DNA from: a virus
Lineage: Duplodnaviria > Heunggongvirae > Uroviricota > Caudoviricetes
Length of the DNA stretch: 64,000 nt
Reading direction: 5' to 3' (one strand)
Virus record (IMG/VR): IMGVR_UViG_3300029708_000226
Positions within the stretch are counted from its first letter, which is position 1; each line of letters opens with the position of its first letter. The position numbers were made by a program, and so were the translations under genes. Positions 19,455-28,867 of the stretch are shown piece by piece. Under the pieces are notes generated by a model. The model did not search any database. It saw only the letters and a program-made list of their open reading frames with translations, and was not told the DNA's origin.

Positions 19455-21065
19455 CTATTCAGTTACTTCCGTATAATCTTTCAACGTTTCCGATGTTTCT
19501 ACGGGATCCTTTTTCTCTGTTGTTTCTCTGTTATTTTTCTTCTGCAGTGCTCCTGTAAGCAGTGATGTCGGATCAATACCAGTAGATTCTTTGATACCAT
19601 CAGAAACCTGCGTTACGGTAGTCATAATATCACCCGCAAGCTGGCTGGTATTTCCACCAAACATCTTTATGGAATCTACGTTCGTATATCCCTTAGCCAC
19701 AGCCTCTGCGATCTTAGGCAGCTGCTCGAAGTATACCTTCAAAGTATCCAGTTCCATCTGCTGTTTTGCAGCGTCACCATACTGTTTCATAGCTTCCGCC
19801 TTCTTTAAGATACCGGCTGCCTCTGCCTCTGCCTTTGCCTGAATTGCTTCTGCTTCTGCCTTACCTTTTGCTGCTACGGCTGCTGCCTCGGCAAGACCTG
19901 CTGCCTTAACTGCCTCCGCTGCCTGTTCCTTAGCGAATCTCTCTGCCTCGGACTTTGCTTTCTCAGCTTCTGCCTGTCTCTGGATCTCGAAGAGTTCTGC
20001 CTCTGCTCTCTTCTGTCTCTCATACTGCTCAGCATCTGCCTTCTGCTGTGCTGCGTATTTATTCGCTTCTGCAGTCTTCTTGACCTCAGCTTCCAGAGCT
20101 TTCTCCTTGATGGATACTTCTCTCTCCTTTAATTCCAGTTCCTTCTCCTGACGGGCCAGGTTCGCGTTCGCTGTAGTGATCTCCACGGTCTTACGCTGTT
20201 CCTCTTCCTGAATCTTATATGCTGCATCTGCCTCAGCCTTCTTAATATCAGACTCTTTCTTCAGCTCTGCTTTCTTAATAGCCAGTTCGGTCTGCTTCTG
20301 TGCAATCTCAGTATCCGCAATGACCTGTGCATCATTGGCATCCTTCTGTGCCTGTGCTCTTGCAATCGCCACATCTCTGTCTGCCTGTGCCTTTGCAACG
20401 GAAGCATCCTTCTGAATCTGGGACATGTTATCCTGTCCCAAAGCAGTGATCAGGTTGTTCTCATCCTCGATCTTCTGAATATTACAGGACTCGATCCAGA
20501 TACCCAGGGCATTCATATCCTTCTGTGCCTTTGCCTGTACCTCGTCACCGAAGGTCTTACGATCATTACACAACTCCTTTAAACACTGGGTACCGATAAT
20601 CTCACGCATATTACCCTGTAAGGAATCGGTCAAAGCATCACGAATTCCCTGCTCCCTCATATTAAGGAAGTTCTTCATAGCGGCCTGTGCCATTTCATGA
20701 GTCACTCTCTTATTGGAATCTGCCCCGGGAAGTAACTGTCCATTTTTATCAATGGTAACATCCTTTTCCGTAAGGACTCGTACCTTAGCCACGGCATCGA
20801 TATCTACACCAATGAAATCCTTAGTTGGAATATATCCATTTGTCTTAATGTCGATACTGATCTGCTTTAACATCAATTCATCTTTCTTCTCCAAAAAAGG
20901 AATTTTAATACCGGCACGACCAATGAGTACTTTGGGTTCCTTTTTCAGACCGGATATAATATATGCCTTATCAGGAGATGCCTTTACATATCCAGACATC
21001 AGAATACCAAGTACTACTACAACAGCTACTACTGCTACAATAACTCCAATGTTAATTCCATTCAT
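19455..21065 (-). CDS. Flotillin-like SPFH protein (YqiK/FloT type) with long Ala/Glu/Lys coiled coil
   Basis: N-terminal TM, SPFH core and a ~250-aa EA/KA-rich coiled coil. Confidence 0.8.
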   Translation of the reverse strand: MNGINIGVIVAVVAVVVVLGILMSGYVKASPDKAYIISGLKKEPKVLIGRAGIKIPFLEKKDELMLKQISIDIKTNGYIPTKDFIGVDIDAVAKVRVLTEKDVTIDKNGQLLPGADSNKRVTHEMAQAAMKNFLNMREQGIRDALTDSLQGNMREIIGTQCLKELCNDRKTFGDEVQAKAQKDMNALGIWIESCNIQKIEDENNLITALGQDNMSQIQKDASVAKAQADRDVAIARAQAQKDANDAQVIADTEIAQKQTELAIKKAELKKESDIKKAEADAAYKIQEEEQRKTVEITTANANLARQEKELELKEREVSIKEKALEAEVKKTAEANKYAAQQKADAEQYERQKRAEAELFEIQRQAEAEKAKSEAERFAKEQAAEAVKAAGLAEAAAVAAKGKAEAEAIQAKAEAEAAGILKKAEAMKQYGDAAKQQMELDTLKVYFEQLPKIAEAVAKGYTNVDSIKMFGGNTSQLAGDIMTTVTQVSDGIKESTGIDPTSLLTGALQKKNNRETTEKKDPVETSETLKDYTEVTE

Positions 21066-21066
21066 T

Positions 21067-21207
21067 TTAATTTTCTCCTTTTGTGTTTTTTATTTTGCCC
21101 CAATAACGTTCTATATCCTCTTGGGGAATTTCTTTCATATATTTTTGTGCTTCTTTTAGAGTCACATTTTTTTGTTTTGATTTATGATCTATATCTTTAT
21201 TTCCCAT
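21067..21207 (-). CDS. Small protein (~46 aa, MGNKDIDHKSKQKNVTLKEAQKYMKEIPQED...)
   Basis: RBS AGGAGAAAG; abuts the flotillin start. Confidence 0.35.
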   Translation of the reverse strand: MGNKDIDHKSKQKNVTLKEAQKYMKEIPQEDIERYWGKIKNTKGEN

Positions 21208-21220
21208 TTTCTTTCTCCTA

Positions 21221-21505
21221 TCAATATCCTGCTGGAGGAATCACATTAAACTCCCATGTTACTATATTATGGAAAAAGAATACTATACTCGCAAGGATGA
21301 AAAAGAATCCAAGCACCAACTGAATCGCAAAATCCGGATCATGACAATGTTTTATAGCATATACGATTCTCCAAATCCCTATAATGAAACTTATAGGCGG
21401 TAATATATATAATAAATGTCCCATATATTCTTCCTTTTCGGTTTCCTTACTGATTAAATAGTTCCGATACATTGGGTGCTTCTGAGGCATTGTCACTTGC
21501 TTCAA
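21221..21505 (-). CDS. Small membrane protein (94 aa)
   Basis: Two hydrophobic segments. Confidence 0.5.
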   Translation of the reverse strand: MKQVTMPQKHPMYRNYLISKETEKEEYMGHLLYILPPISFIIGIWRIVYAIKHCHDPDFAIQLVLGFFFILASIVFFFHNIVTWEFNVIPPAGY

Positions 21506-22004
21506 AATAATATCTGCTATCTACACCATACATATTTGCAATGATATTCATGGGGAAGGAACGAATCTTTTTGTTTAAGGAACTTACGGCGTCATTATAG
21601 TCTTTTCTTGCTACGGCAATTCGATTTTCGGTACCTGCAAGATCAGTCATCAACTGACTATACTCTTCACTTGCCTTTAATTCCGGATATGCTTCCACAG
21701 CAATATTGAATTCTTTCATTGCGGACTGATAAGCGGAATCTGCGGCAGCTTCTTCACCCAAAGTGCCATCCCCGCGCAGAGCAACAACACTTTCCAATGT
21801 AGATGCTTCATAATCGGAGTACTGCTTTACTACGGCTACCAACTGTGGAATCAGATCATATCTACGCTGTAACTGATTTTCCACCTGTGCCCATTTTTCA
21901 TTTACATTTTCATCTGCACGCTGTAAAGAGTTATAAGAGCCTCCAAACAAAAGCACAATTACACAGATTACTACAACTAATACTACCCATCCTTTATTTT
22001 TCAT
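21447..22004 (-). CDS. LemA family protein
   Basis: N-terminal TM plus YNSLQRADENVNEKWAQVENQLQRRYDLIPQLV matches the LemA signature. Confidence 0.8.
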   Translation of the reverse strand: MKNKGWVVLVVVICVIVLLFGGSYNSLQRADENVNEKWAQVENQLQRRYDLIPQLVAVVKQYSDYEASTLESVVALRGDGTLGEEAAADSAYQSAMKEFNIAVEAYPELKASEEYSQLMTDLAGTENRIAVARKDYNDAVSSLNKKIRSFPMNIIANMYGVDSRYYFEASDNASEAPNVSELFNQ

Positions 22005-22045
22005 ATGTTATCTCCTTTTTAATTTGATTTGAAATTTTTACATAA

Positions 22046-22282
22046 CTAAATCTGCATAATTCTTTTATGGATTATATTAAAACCAATAAGCATCAATAGC
22101 GGAATCAATGGATTTACTGTTACAAAAAGATTCGCAATGAGTATTCCGATAAAGCAAAATGGTGCTAACTGCATAATCTGGTAAAGTGTATTAATTTCTT
22201 TTTCTGTAAGCTGATGATAATATATCCATTTCTTAAACATTACGAGTAGTAACGCACTTAAGGAAATTTTAATGACCAACAT
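22046..22282 (-). CDS. Small membrane protein (~78 aa)
   Basis: Start MLVIKIS with GGGAGG RBS; two TM segments. Confidence 0.4.
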   Translation of the reverse strand: MLVIKISLSALLLVMFKKWIYYHQLTEKEINTLYQIMQLAPFCFIGILIANLFVTVNPLIPLLMLIGFNIIHKRIMQI

Positions 22283-22283
22283 C

Positions 22284-23036
22284 TTACCAACCTCCCGAAG
22301 CGCCACCGCCTCCAAAGCTACCACCGCCAAAGGATCCGCTCGAATGGGAACTACTGCTATATCCGCTTGAATAATAATGACCTGATAATGAGGAACCAGA
22401 ACCACCATCAACGAATGCTGAAATCACACATAATACAACAATAAATACAATGACGACAATCATTCCTACCAGTAGGTCGTCATCATCTGTGTCTGTCTCT
22501 ACAACATAGTTGTCATCCTGCGAAATTGTATATTCCCCGGAATCATTCAAAACAGATACTGTCTTAGTAATCGCAGCTAAAAGACCGTCCGCATATTTTT
22601 CTTCTTTAAAGAAAGATGGCATACAATCGATAATCTTTTTTGCCTGTGAATCCGGAATCACGCCTTCCAGTCCATAACCTACTTCCATTCGAAATTCTCT
22701 GTCTGCCAGGGCTACGTAAATAAGTAAACCTGTGTTATCCTCTTTATCACCAACCCCTAATTTTCTACCGGCTTCCAAAGATGCTTCTTCGATGGTTTTA
22801 CCATCCAGTGATGGTGCCAGATAGATAGCATATTCAATGTTTGTCTGTTCATAGATTTGATACAAGGCATTTTCAATCTTTGCCTCGTCCTCATTTGTCA
22901 ACATATCCGCATTATCCATAACAAGCATATCTGAAGTTGGAGCAGCAAATACTATGGTCCCAATCATCAGAGTAGTCATTACAATTAATGCCAATGTAAT
23001 ACTTACAATAGAAATTGCTCTACGCTGTTTATTCAT
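22284..23036 (-). CDS. TPM-domain protein (classic LemA partner) with Gly/Ser-rich C-terminus
   Basis: Signal/TM, TPM-like core (LLIYVALADREFRMEVGYGLEG), C-terminal TM and GGSFGGGGASGGW tail. Confidence 0.75.
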   Translation of the reverse strand: MNKQRRAISIVSITLALIVMTTLMIGTIVFAAPTSDMLVMDNADMLTNEDEAKIENALYQIYEQTNIEYAIYLAPSLDGKTIEEASLEAGRKLGVGDKEDNTGLLIYVALADREFRMEVGYGLEGVIPDSQAKKIIDCMPSFFKEEKYADGLLAAITKTVSVLNDSGEYTISQDDNYVVETDTDDDDLLVGMIVVIVFIVVLCVISAFVDGGSGSSLSGHYYSSGYSSSSHSSGSFGGGSFGGGGASGGW

Positions 23037-23298
23037 CTGTATTCTCCTGTTTAAATAATATTTCGAGATCCGCTTTCGAAATAACCGGCAATACTAAGCC
23101 ACAATTAGGGCATATGTAGTAATTAGGGTTGATAAAATAGCCTACTTCCACTTCTTTCTTGGAAAATAATCCCTCTATAATTTCTGTCTTTTTTACAATC
23201 AAAGAATTTGTATTTGCTCCATAAGGCATATAAGCATGTTCCAGGCCTCTGATATCATCCCGATAAATCATTTCCTTATTACAATTAAAACATTTCAT
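23029..23298 (-). CDS. Zinc-ribbon protein (CxxC...CxxC), 89 aa
   Basis: CFNC ... CPNC. Confidence 0.55.
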   Translation of the reverse strand: MKCFNCNKEMIYRDDIRGLEHAYMPYGANTNSLIVKKTEIIEGLFSKKEVEVGYFINPNYYICPNCGLVLPVISKADLEILFKQENTDE

Positions 23299-23315
23299 AG
23301 TGACTCCTTTATGTA

Positions 23316-23549
23316 TTATTCTATAGCAATAAACTCCCTAATTGCTTCTACTACTTCTTCTTCATTATCAGAGTTAATGGTAAGTGATATCGGCTTCGAT
23401 AAATCCAGACTGAAAATACCCATAATACTTCTTGCATCTACGATATAACGTCCGGTTCCGAGATCAAAATCACCTTCTAACGGAAAGATTTTTGTGTTGA
23501 ACTCCTTTACTTTTTCTACGCTAGGCAAGCTAACTAATACTGTTTTCAA
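23316..23549 (-). CDS. HPr-like phosphocarrier-fold protein lacking the active-site His
   Basis: C-terminal half VDARSIMGIFSLDLSKPISLTINSDNEEEVVEAI parallels HPr (VNAKSIMGVMSLG...I...G.DE..A); the N-terminal region has no His15 equivalent. Confidence 0.5.
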   Translation of the reverse strand: MKTVLVSLPSVEKVKEFNTKIFPLEGDFDLGTGRYIVDARSIMGIFSLDLSKPISLTINSDNEEEVVEAIREFIAIE

Positions 23550-23699
23550 TTTATTTTCCTCCTTGTGTAGTATTTTCTTTTATTATTATGACAGATTTTG
23601 AAAAAATGGATTTTTCTGCACAGAAAAAGAGCCTCTTTTATAAACTTTGCCGTAAAACTACACTCCTTTATGGTGCGCTGTTGTGATTTGTCTTATTTT

Positions 23700-24698
23700 T
23701 TATTCTTCGCTTGTCCAAAAGGTATAGGTGTCTTTGTTAATTGCTTTTGCATGTAAAGTCTGCTCTTTTTTCTTTTCTGTAGTATGAGGTTCCTGCATTT
23801 CTTCCTGCATAGAGGAATATCCATCTCTCTTATAGATGTCTTCGCATACATCAGCTTTACAATCCATATCCATAACGATTTCTCCTGCTGCCTTTTTTAC
23901 CTCTACATTGGCTACTTTATAAGATAAATCTACAATTTTTTCATAATGCTTTTTTGCTTCTGCTGTCATTTCTTTTACATGGAAACTTTTTACATTCTGA
24001 TATTGTTCATATGCCTGCATAATTTCAGGAATATAATAACTTTCCAGTTTCCTTGTATAGCTTTCTTTTCCCTGATCATTTAAAAACTTTACAGCCCAAA
24101 CAATATAAGCGATTTTAGAATCCTTTTCTGCCAATTTATCAATATTGATTCCTTTTTTCTGTTTTTGCGTAGGAATCTTTTTAATAAAAGGATTATCTTC
24201 TGAATTTTCATTTGCTTCTCTTACAAATTTTTCAGTTTTGGTTTCTTTATTCTTTTTTGAAAAACAGATTTCAATAAGATCGACAGTAGAATCGGTAATG
24301 CAGTCTATTAAGCCTAATAAAATAAAAAGAAGTGCCGGACTAAATATAATAAGCATAATAATTATAATTGTTCCCATGCCGACTCCTTCTGTTTCTTCGG
24401 AGGTTTCTGGACTTTTCTCACTTTCTACAGCGTCCTCTCCTCTGAAAGAAGCTATTAGATTCTTCACAACGTCAGTTTCTGTTGTTGTAGATTCTACTTC
24501 TGTTGTCTTTGTAGCCGCCGGTTCTGTTAGCGTATCAGAGGAAATATATTCTGCTATTCCAAAACATAATAGTAAAGTCAAAATAATTCCAATAAAAGCC
24601 ATTGTTGCATTGTCATCAGCGATGCCAGCGAGTATGATGGATAAAAATAATATAAAAAGAATAACCGCGACTATTGTAATCAAAATCGTAATAATCAT
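23700..24698 (-). CDS. Membrane protein (332 aa; N-terminal and central TM clusters)
   Basis: Hydrophobicity pattern. Confidence 0.55.
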   Translation of the reverse strand: MIITILITIVAVILFILFLSIILAGIADDNATMAFIGIILTLLLCFGIAEYISSDTLTEPAATKTTEVESTTTETDVVKNLIASFRGEDAVESEKSPETSEETEGVGMGTIIIIMLIIFSPALLFILLGLIDCITDSTVDLIEICFSKKNKETKTEKFVREANENSEDNPFIKKIPTQKQKKGINIDKLAEKDSKIAYIVWAVKFLNDQGKESYTRKLESYYIPEIMQAYEQYQNVKSFHVKEMTAEAKKHYEKIVDLSYKVANVEVKKAAGEIVMDMDCKADVCEDIYKRDGYSSMQEEMQEPHTTEKKKEQTLHAKAINKDTYTFWTSEE

Positions 24699-24753
24699 AT
24701 TTATCTCCTATTTTACTTATAAAAATTACTCCTTCTCTTATATTATGACGGAT

Positions 24754-25155
24754 TTAGTGAAGTTTGGATTTTTCTGCACAGAAAGATTCTTCGTCCGGAT
24801 ATATTCCTGAAACAGATTCTCTTCTTTTGTAGTAGTATCCATTTTTCTTTCCTTTTGAATTCTTTTTCTTTCTTTTTAGCTGTTCGATAGCCTGCGATTT
24901 CAGATTATTTGGTATCGGAAAAACCGTGACAAGTTCCAAATTTGCAAATATCCAGATCTTCTCTGCGTAGATACGGATATTGTTAGCGGATTCATTACGG
25001 TTGAAAACTTTCGTTATATATGCTTTTAACTGTCCGGTCGCTTCGGCGTGCGTCAGGCCATTCTCAAATGCGATTTTAGCAATACGATCACAGCTTGCTT
25101 TGTTGATTCCACATCGTTCCTGGATGCGGTCTCGTGCATGATCTGAAGTATACAT
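24754..25155 (-). CDS. DUF4258-like small protein (HARDRIQERCGI motif)
   Basis: Start refined to MYTSDHARDRIQERCGI (RBS GGAG); the H-x2-R-x2-ERGI pattern is characteristic of DUF4258. Confidence 0.45.
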   Translation of the reverse strand: MYTSDHARDRIQERCGINKASCDRIAKIAFENGLTHAEATGQLKAYITKVFNRNESANNIRIYAEKIWIFANLELVTVFPIPNNLKSQAIEQLKRKKKNSKGKKNGYYYKRRESVSGIYPDEESFCAEKSKLH

Positions 25156-25259
25156 AAATCTCCTCTCTTCCATTTTATATTCTATTATTATTATGAAAGA
25201 AAACGGCAAACAGCCAAAATTCTACATAAGAAAATGGAGCCGTTTCCGACTCCATTAAA

Positions 25260-25739
25260 TTAATTTTCGTAATCCTCCGCGTTACGGCTGATTCCGATAA
25301 TATTTGCAAATTTGTCTGCGAGTTCATCGTAGTCGCTGCCGTAAATAATAGCGGCATCCGGATCGTCTTCTCTCTCATCATTCGGGATGTCATTTTTTGT
25401 GATTCCCTTTTCTTCGAGAAAATCTTCTACTGTGTCAACCATTGCTCCGATGGTTTCGCAGGCATCGGAATAACTTCTAATTGCTGCCGGCAAAGGATTA
25501 TCATCAGGAAATTCTACGATCTGCCAAATGCAGCTATCGGTTCCATCTGCTTCATGACTGCAGAAGTTCGCAGCTTTACAGGCTCCGCATTCGGGATCTG
25601 CTTCGAAATCATTATCTCTTTCATCGTATTCCTTAAACATCTGTTCCTGCGCACGTTCAAATCCTGTTTTATTGTCCTTGTCCTCAAAAATAGTGTAGTT
25701 TAAAGAATGTCCGTCGGACCAAATCAACATTGCTCTCAT
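25260..25739 (-). CDS. Highly acidic hypothetical protein (159 aa)
   Basis: ORF. Confidence 0.5.
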   Translation of the reverse strand: MRAMLIWSDGHSLNYTIFEDKDNKTGFERAQEQMFKEYDERDNDFEADPECGACKAANFCSHEADGTDSCIWQIVEFPDDNPLPAAIRSYSDACETIGAMVDTVEDFLEEKGITKNDIPNDEREDDPDAAIIYGSDYDELADKFANIIGISRNAEDYEN

Positions 25740-25829
25740 ATGTTTTCTCCTTTTTAATTACTGTTAAAATTTGCCATATTTTTTGTTTGTGAACTTTTTT
25801 CCCATTCGTGGTGGAAATTTCAGTTTAAA

Positions 25830-26234
25830 TTATTTCATATTCAAATATATAGAACTTAGTTCATCAATAATAATTTTCTCAGGGAATGTTAAGCAAGTAA
25901 TAATGTTAAATGTTTGATATAATATAACGATAATTCCAGCAATAATCATACAACCAGTGATAACTCCAAACAGAATTGCACCAAAATCGTAATCCGAATA
26001 TATATCTTCTTTATACTTGCTCCAAAAATATTTTGTTTTTGTAAATATATACTTAGAAAAAATTAAACATAATATACCAATTACCAACCACGTAACACTA
26101 GTAGCAATTTCATAAGTAATATACTTACTGCACAACTCTTGTAAATACGGAATTACATTTGTTGACGTCCAATCAACAGCTACACCGAACCTTTCAGCTA
26201 AATTATCTAATACTTTAATGATTTCTTCTGACAT
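25830..26234 (-). CDS. Membrane protein (134 aa)
   Basis: Three or four TM segments. Confidence 0.5.
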   Translation of the reverse strand: MSEEIIKVLDNLAERFGVAVDWTSTNVIPYLQELCSKYITYEIATSVTWLVIGILCLIFSKYIFTKTKYFWSKYKEDIYSDYDFGAILFGVITGCMIIAGIIVILYQTFNIITCLTFPEKIIIDELSSIYLNMK

Positions 26235-26257
26235 TTTGTTTCTACCTCCGTTAACTT

Positions 26258-26536
26258 TCAGTTTAACAATTCATATTTTTTATTGAATACATCAGGTTTA
26301 CATGGATAAAACTCCCCTCTTAAACCTTTGATAATATAATCATTTCTGTTAGCAACCATATCTCCTTCTAATGTGTGAATAATTAACTTTTCATGTGGTA
26401 TTCCTTTTCCGACTTTCCACGCGCTATCTTCCACTGAATACGTGCAACTATTTCCGCAAAACATTTCTACTTCTTTTGCATTACCAGTCCATTGAATTGC
26501 TTCGATTTCACACGGTTTTGTTCTATATTTTGCCAT
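26258..26536 (-). CDS. Hypothetical protein (92 aa)
   Basis: ORF. Confidence 0.5.
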   Translation of the reverse strand: MAKYRTKPCEIEAIQWTGNAKEVEMFCGNSCTYSVEDSAWKVGKGIPHEKLIIHTLEGDMVANRNDYIIKGLRGEFYPCKPDVFNKKYELLN

Positions 26537-26561
26537 TACTTTACCTCCACTAAATTCTAAG

Positions 26562-26903
26562 TTACGCTTTCAAATATTCTACGCATTTCCTGTAAACTTC
26601 CGGATCAAATTCTTTCCGCTCATGTTCATATGCGCTATATTCCGCAGGACTGCAACCTGCAATCTGTGCTATTTTGTACATTGATACTCTCGCATCTTTT
26701 CTTTTAGCTGCTATATACCCTGCATACATTTCTTTAGCTCCATTGAGTTCCTGTATATGCATTCTGTCTTTCATTGCCTTCGATTCCGAAATTCTATGCA
26801 ATTGATTAACAACACATTCCGTATTTTTGCAATCATACAAACAACCATGCTTTCCTTTATCACCATCAAAAATCCAGTTACAGATTTTGTTGGTTCTGAA
26901 CAT
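26562..26903 (-). CDS. Hypothetical protein (113 aa), possible C-terminal HTH
   Basis: SMYKIAQIAGCSPAEYSAYE resembles an XRE-type HTH. Confidence 0.4.
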   Translation of the reverse strand: MFRTNKICNWIFDGDKGKHGCLYDCKNTECVVNQLHRISESKAMKDRMHIQELNGAKEMYAGYIAAKRKDARVSMYKIAQIAGCSPAEYSAYEHERKEFDPEVYRKCVEYLKA

Positions 26904-27034
26904 GCATTACATTTTGCATTTATGAACATTGCTTCACCTCCATTTTCCTAATTTCATCTTCTCTATCTCCATTTTTCTAAGTTATCAAATCAACATATCA
27001 ACTTAATACATCAATTTCACATTTACAATAAAGA

Positions 27035-27238
27035 TTAGTACTTTTCGGTAGCTGCTCTCCTTACCGTATGCTCGCCGTCTTCGCGTTTCCACTCATACCC
27101 CGCCATTTCCAGCGCTTTGAGGGATCCGTTATAATAACTTACGTCCTGTGGTCTTGCGTCCGGCATATTTGCAATATACCACCTTTCGTTCAGAAACTTT
27201 TCTATCCGTTCTATTTGCTCATTTCGTTCAGTTTTCAC
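27035..27238 (-). CDS. Hypothetical protein (67 aa)
   Basis: ORF. Confidence 0.4.
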   Translation of the reverse strand: MKTERNEQIERIEKFLNERWYIANMPDARPQDVSYYNGSLKALEMAGYEWKREDGEHTVRRAATEKY

Positions 27239-27572
27239 TCTTTCCCTCCCGTTTTGTTAAAATCGCTGCCTCGTATTTTTCCATTACATCAACGCAATCC
27301 TGGCAGTATTCATCGAATTCGCATCCAACAAACAGCTTGAACATTTGTCTGAATGTATTTTTGTCAGCCGCCTGTTCGTAAATAGAAAACAGTTCATCAG
27401 CAACACCACTTTGTTCATGAAATTCGTCCCAATGGCTTCCCATAATGTCATCGAGCATAGTATCCGCATCACGAATGATTCCATTGACATTTTTAAGCTC
27501 GCTGTGCATTCGTTTTGCGTGTTCAAACCACATTTTTTCATATTTTTCATTTTCCGTAGTTAATTTTTCCAT
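27228..27572 (-). CDS. Hypothetical protein (114 aa)
   Basis: ORF; motif at 27599-27617. Confidence 0.5.
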   Translation of the reverse strand: MEKLTTENEKYEKMWFEHAKRMHSELKNVNGIIRDADTMLDDIMGSHWDEFHEQSGVADELFSIYEQAADKNTFRQMFKLFVGCEFDEYCQDCVDVMEKYEAAILTKREGKSEN

Positions 27573-27696
27573 TTTTCTCCACCTTTCTATATTGATAAAA
27601 TTAATATGAAAGAAAATAATGTTTGGAATCTTATACCAGATTTTTTACTGCTTTTTCGCAGCTTTTCTTTATTTTTGCCTTCGGCAAAATAAAAAA

Positions 27697-27722
27697 GCTC
27701 CCCGGAGGGAGCTTAAAATTAA
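27697..27722. terminator. Hairpin AAAGCTCCCCGGAGGGAGCTTAAAAT, identical to the copy at 28868-28893
   Basis: Two identical 26-bp copies bracket the pentapeptide-repeat gene. Confidence 0.6.
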
Positions 27723-28795
27723 TTGGTTCTGATTCCGGTACATTGAAAGAAAATTTCAGCATCAAAGTTTGGAATTGCCTTGATGATATTTTTCTGATGG
27801 TTAGACAGACTATCCCACCACAACTGACCGCATTCAGTTTCATCAAGCTTTTTTAAATAACCGTCTGTTGTTTTATATGTCGGGTGTTGTTCTTTTTCTT
27901 CATCCGTCATATTATCTGAATAAATCCATTCAACAACATCCTTTGGTATCTGATTCAGTAAATACCTTGCATCAGATTTACACCAATCACGATAGGTCAT
28001 ATCTGACTGTTTATTAAACAACATGATTTTCTGTTCAACAGTATTAAAACAACCGGTATTGAAAGATGATTTGTTCCAGTCCCCGGTGTTGCAGTCTCCA
28101 GTATTGCTGTCTCCAGTATTGCGGTTTCCGGTGTTGCAGCATCCAGTATTGCAGTATCCAATATTGCGGTTCCCGGTATTGTAGTATCCAGTGTTGTTGT
28201 CCCCGGTGTTGCAGCATCCAGTATTGCGGTCTCCAGTATTGCGGTTTCCGGTGTTGCAGCATCCAGTATTGCAGTATCCAATATTGCGGTTTCCGGTGTT
28301 GCAGTATCCGGTATTGTAGTCTCCGGTATTGTAGTCTCCGGTATTGCGTTCTCCAGTATTGCGGTTTCCGGTGTTGTTGTCCCCGGTGTTGCAGCATCCA
28401 GTATTGCGGTCTCCAGTATTGCGGTTTCCGGTGTTGTTGTCTCCAGTATTGCAAAAGCCTGTGCAATTCTTTCCAAGGTTGACGGTCCGCAAGACTTCAT
28501 CCCACGTGATTTCACGCACTATTTCCAGTTTATTAGTGCAAGACTTGTCATCTTCTGTCAGCACTTCACCATAGGCTATGACTTCTGCGACTTTGTTGTT
28601 GCTGTCAAAATCATAATAATTGAAGCAGTCAGCAGCGGTCTGACAGAAGTGCATACCGTGATCACAAATATAAAGTTCCCCTTCTTCCTCAAATTTTCCA
28701 GGGCAAGCGTACTGTTTAGTGTTGCCGTTAGGGGAACATGTCCAGTCTGGATTAAAAACTTTAAAACCATGTACTGTATTCTGCGTATTTTTCAT
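27719..28795 (-). CDS. Pentapeptide-repeat protein with ~40 consecutive NTGxx units between unique N- and C-terminal domains
   Basis: A 15-nt DNA periodicity (ccNgtRttgNNNNNt) over ~28060-28470 encodes NTGNR/NTGDR/NTGCC/NTGDY...; the unique N-domain is Cys/His-rich. Confidence 0.7.
   Translation of the reverse strand: MKNTQNTVHGFKVFNPDWTCSPNGNTKQYACPGKFEEEGELYICDHGMHFCQTAADCFNYYDFDSNNKVAEVIAYGEVLTEDDKSCTNKLEIVREITWDEVLRTVNLGKNCTGFCNTGDNNTGNRNTGDRNTGCCNTGDNNTGNRNTGERNTGDYNTGDYNTGYCNTGNRNIGYCNTGCCNTGNRNTGDRNTGCCNTGDNNTGYYNTGNRNIGYCNTGCCNTGNRNTGDSNTGDCNTGDWNKSSFNTGCFNTVEQKIMLFNKQSDMTYRDWCKSDARYLLNQIPKDVVEWIYSDNMTDEEKEQHPTYKTTDGYLKKLDETECGQLWWDSLSNHQKNIIKAIPNFDAEIFFQCTGIRTN
28060..28470. repeat. 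~27 tandem copies of a 15-bp unit (coding, inside the pentapeptide-repeat gene)
   Basis: Visible periodicity; explains the stop-free ORFs in several frames of both strands. Confidence 0.8.
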
Positions 28796-28867
28796 TTTCT
28801 TTTCTCCTTTTATCTATATTGTTGATATTATTATGATAGAAATGAATGTACGAATATTCTTTTTGTA

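Noticed and set aside
22046-22411. Full 121-aa ORF 22046..22411 overlapping the TPM gene
   Set aside because: The 5' part overlaps 22284..23036 in another frame. Only the 3' portion from MLVIKIS (22282), which has a GGGAGG RBS, is plausible.
28060-28470. Possible CRISPR array (regular short repeats)
   Set aside because: The repeats are 15 bp, contiguous with no spacers, and in-frame coding. No cas genes are present.
27997-28574. Several long ORFs in both orientations and multiple frames (27997..28515 -, 28044..28466 -, 28066..28482 +, 28344..28574 +)
   Set aside because: They all lie inside the 15-bp tandem repeat array of the pentapeptide-repeat gene. The repeat lacks stop codons in most frames, so these are frame artefacts of 27719..28795.
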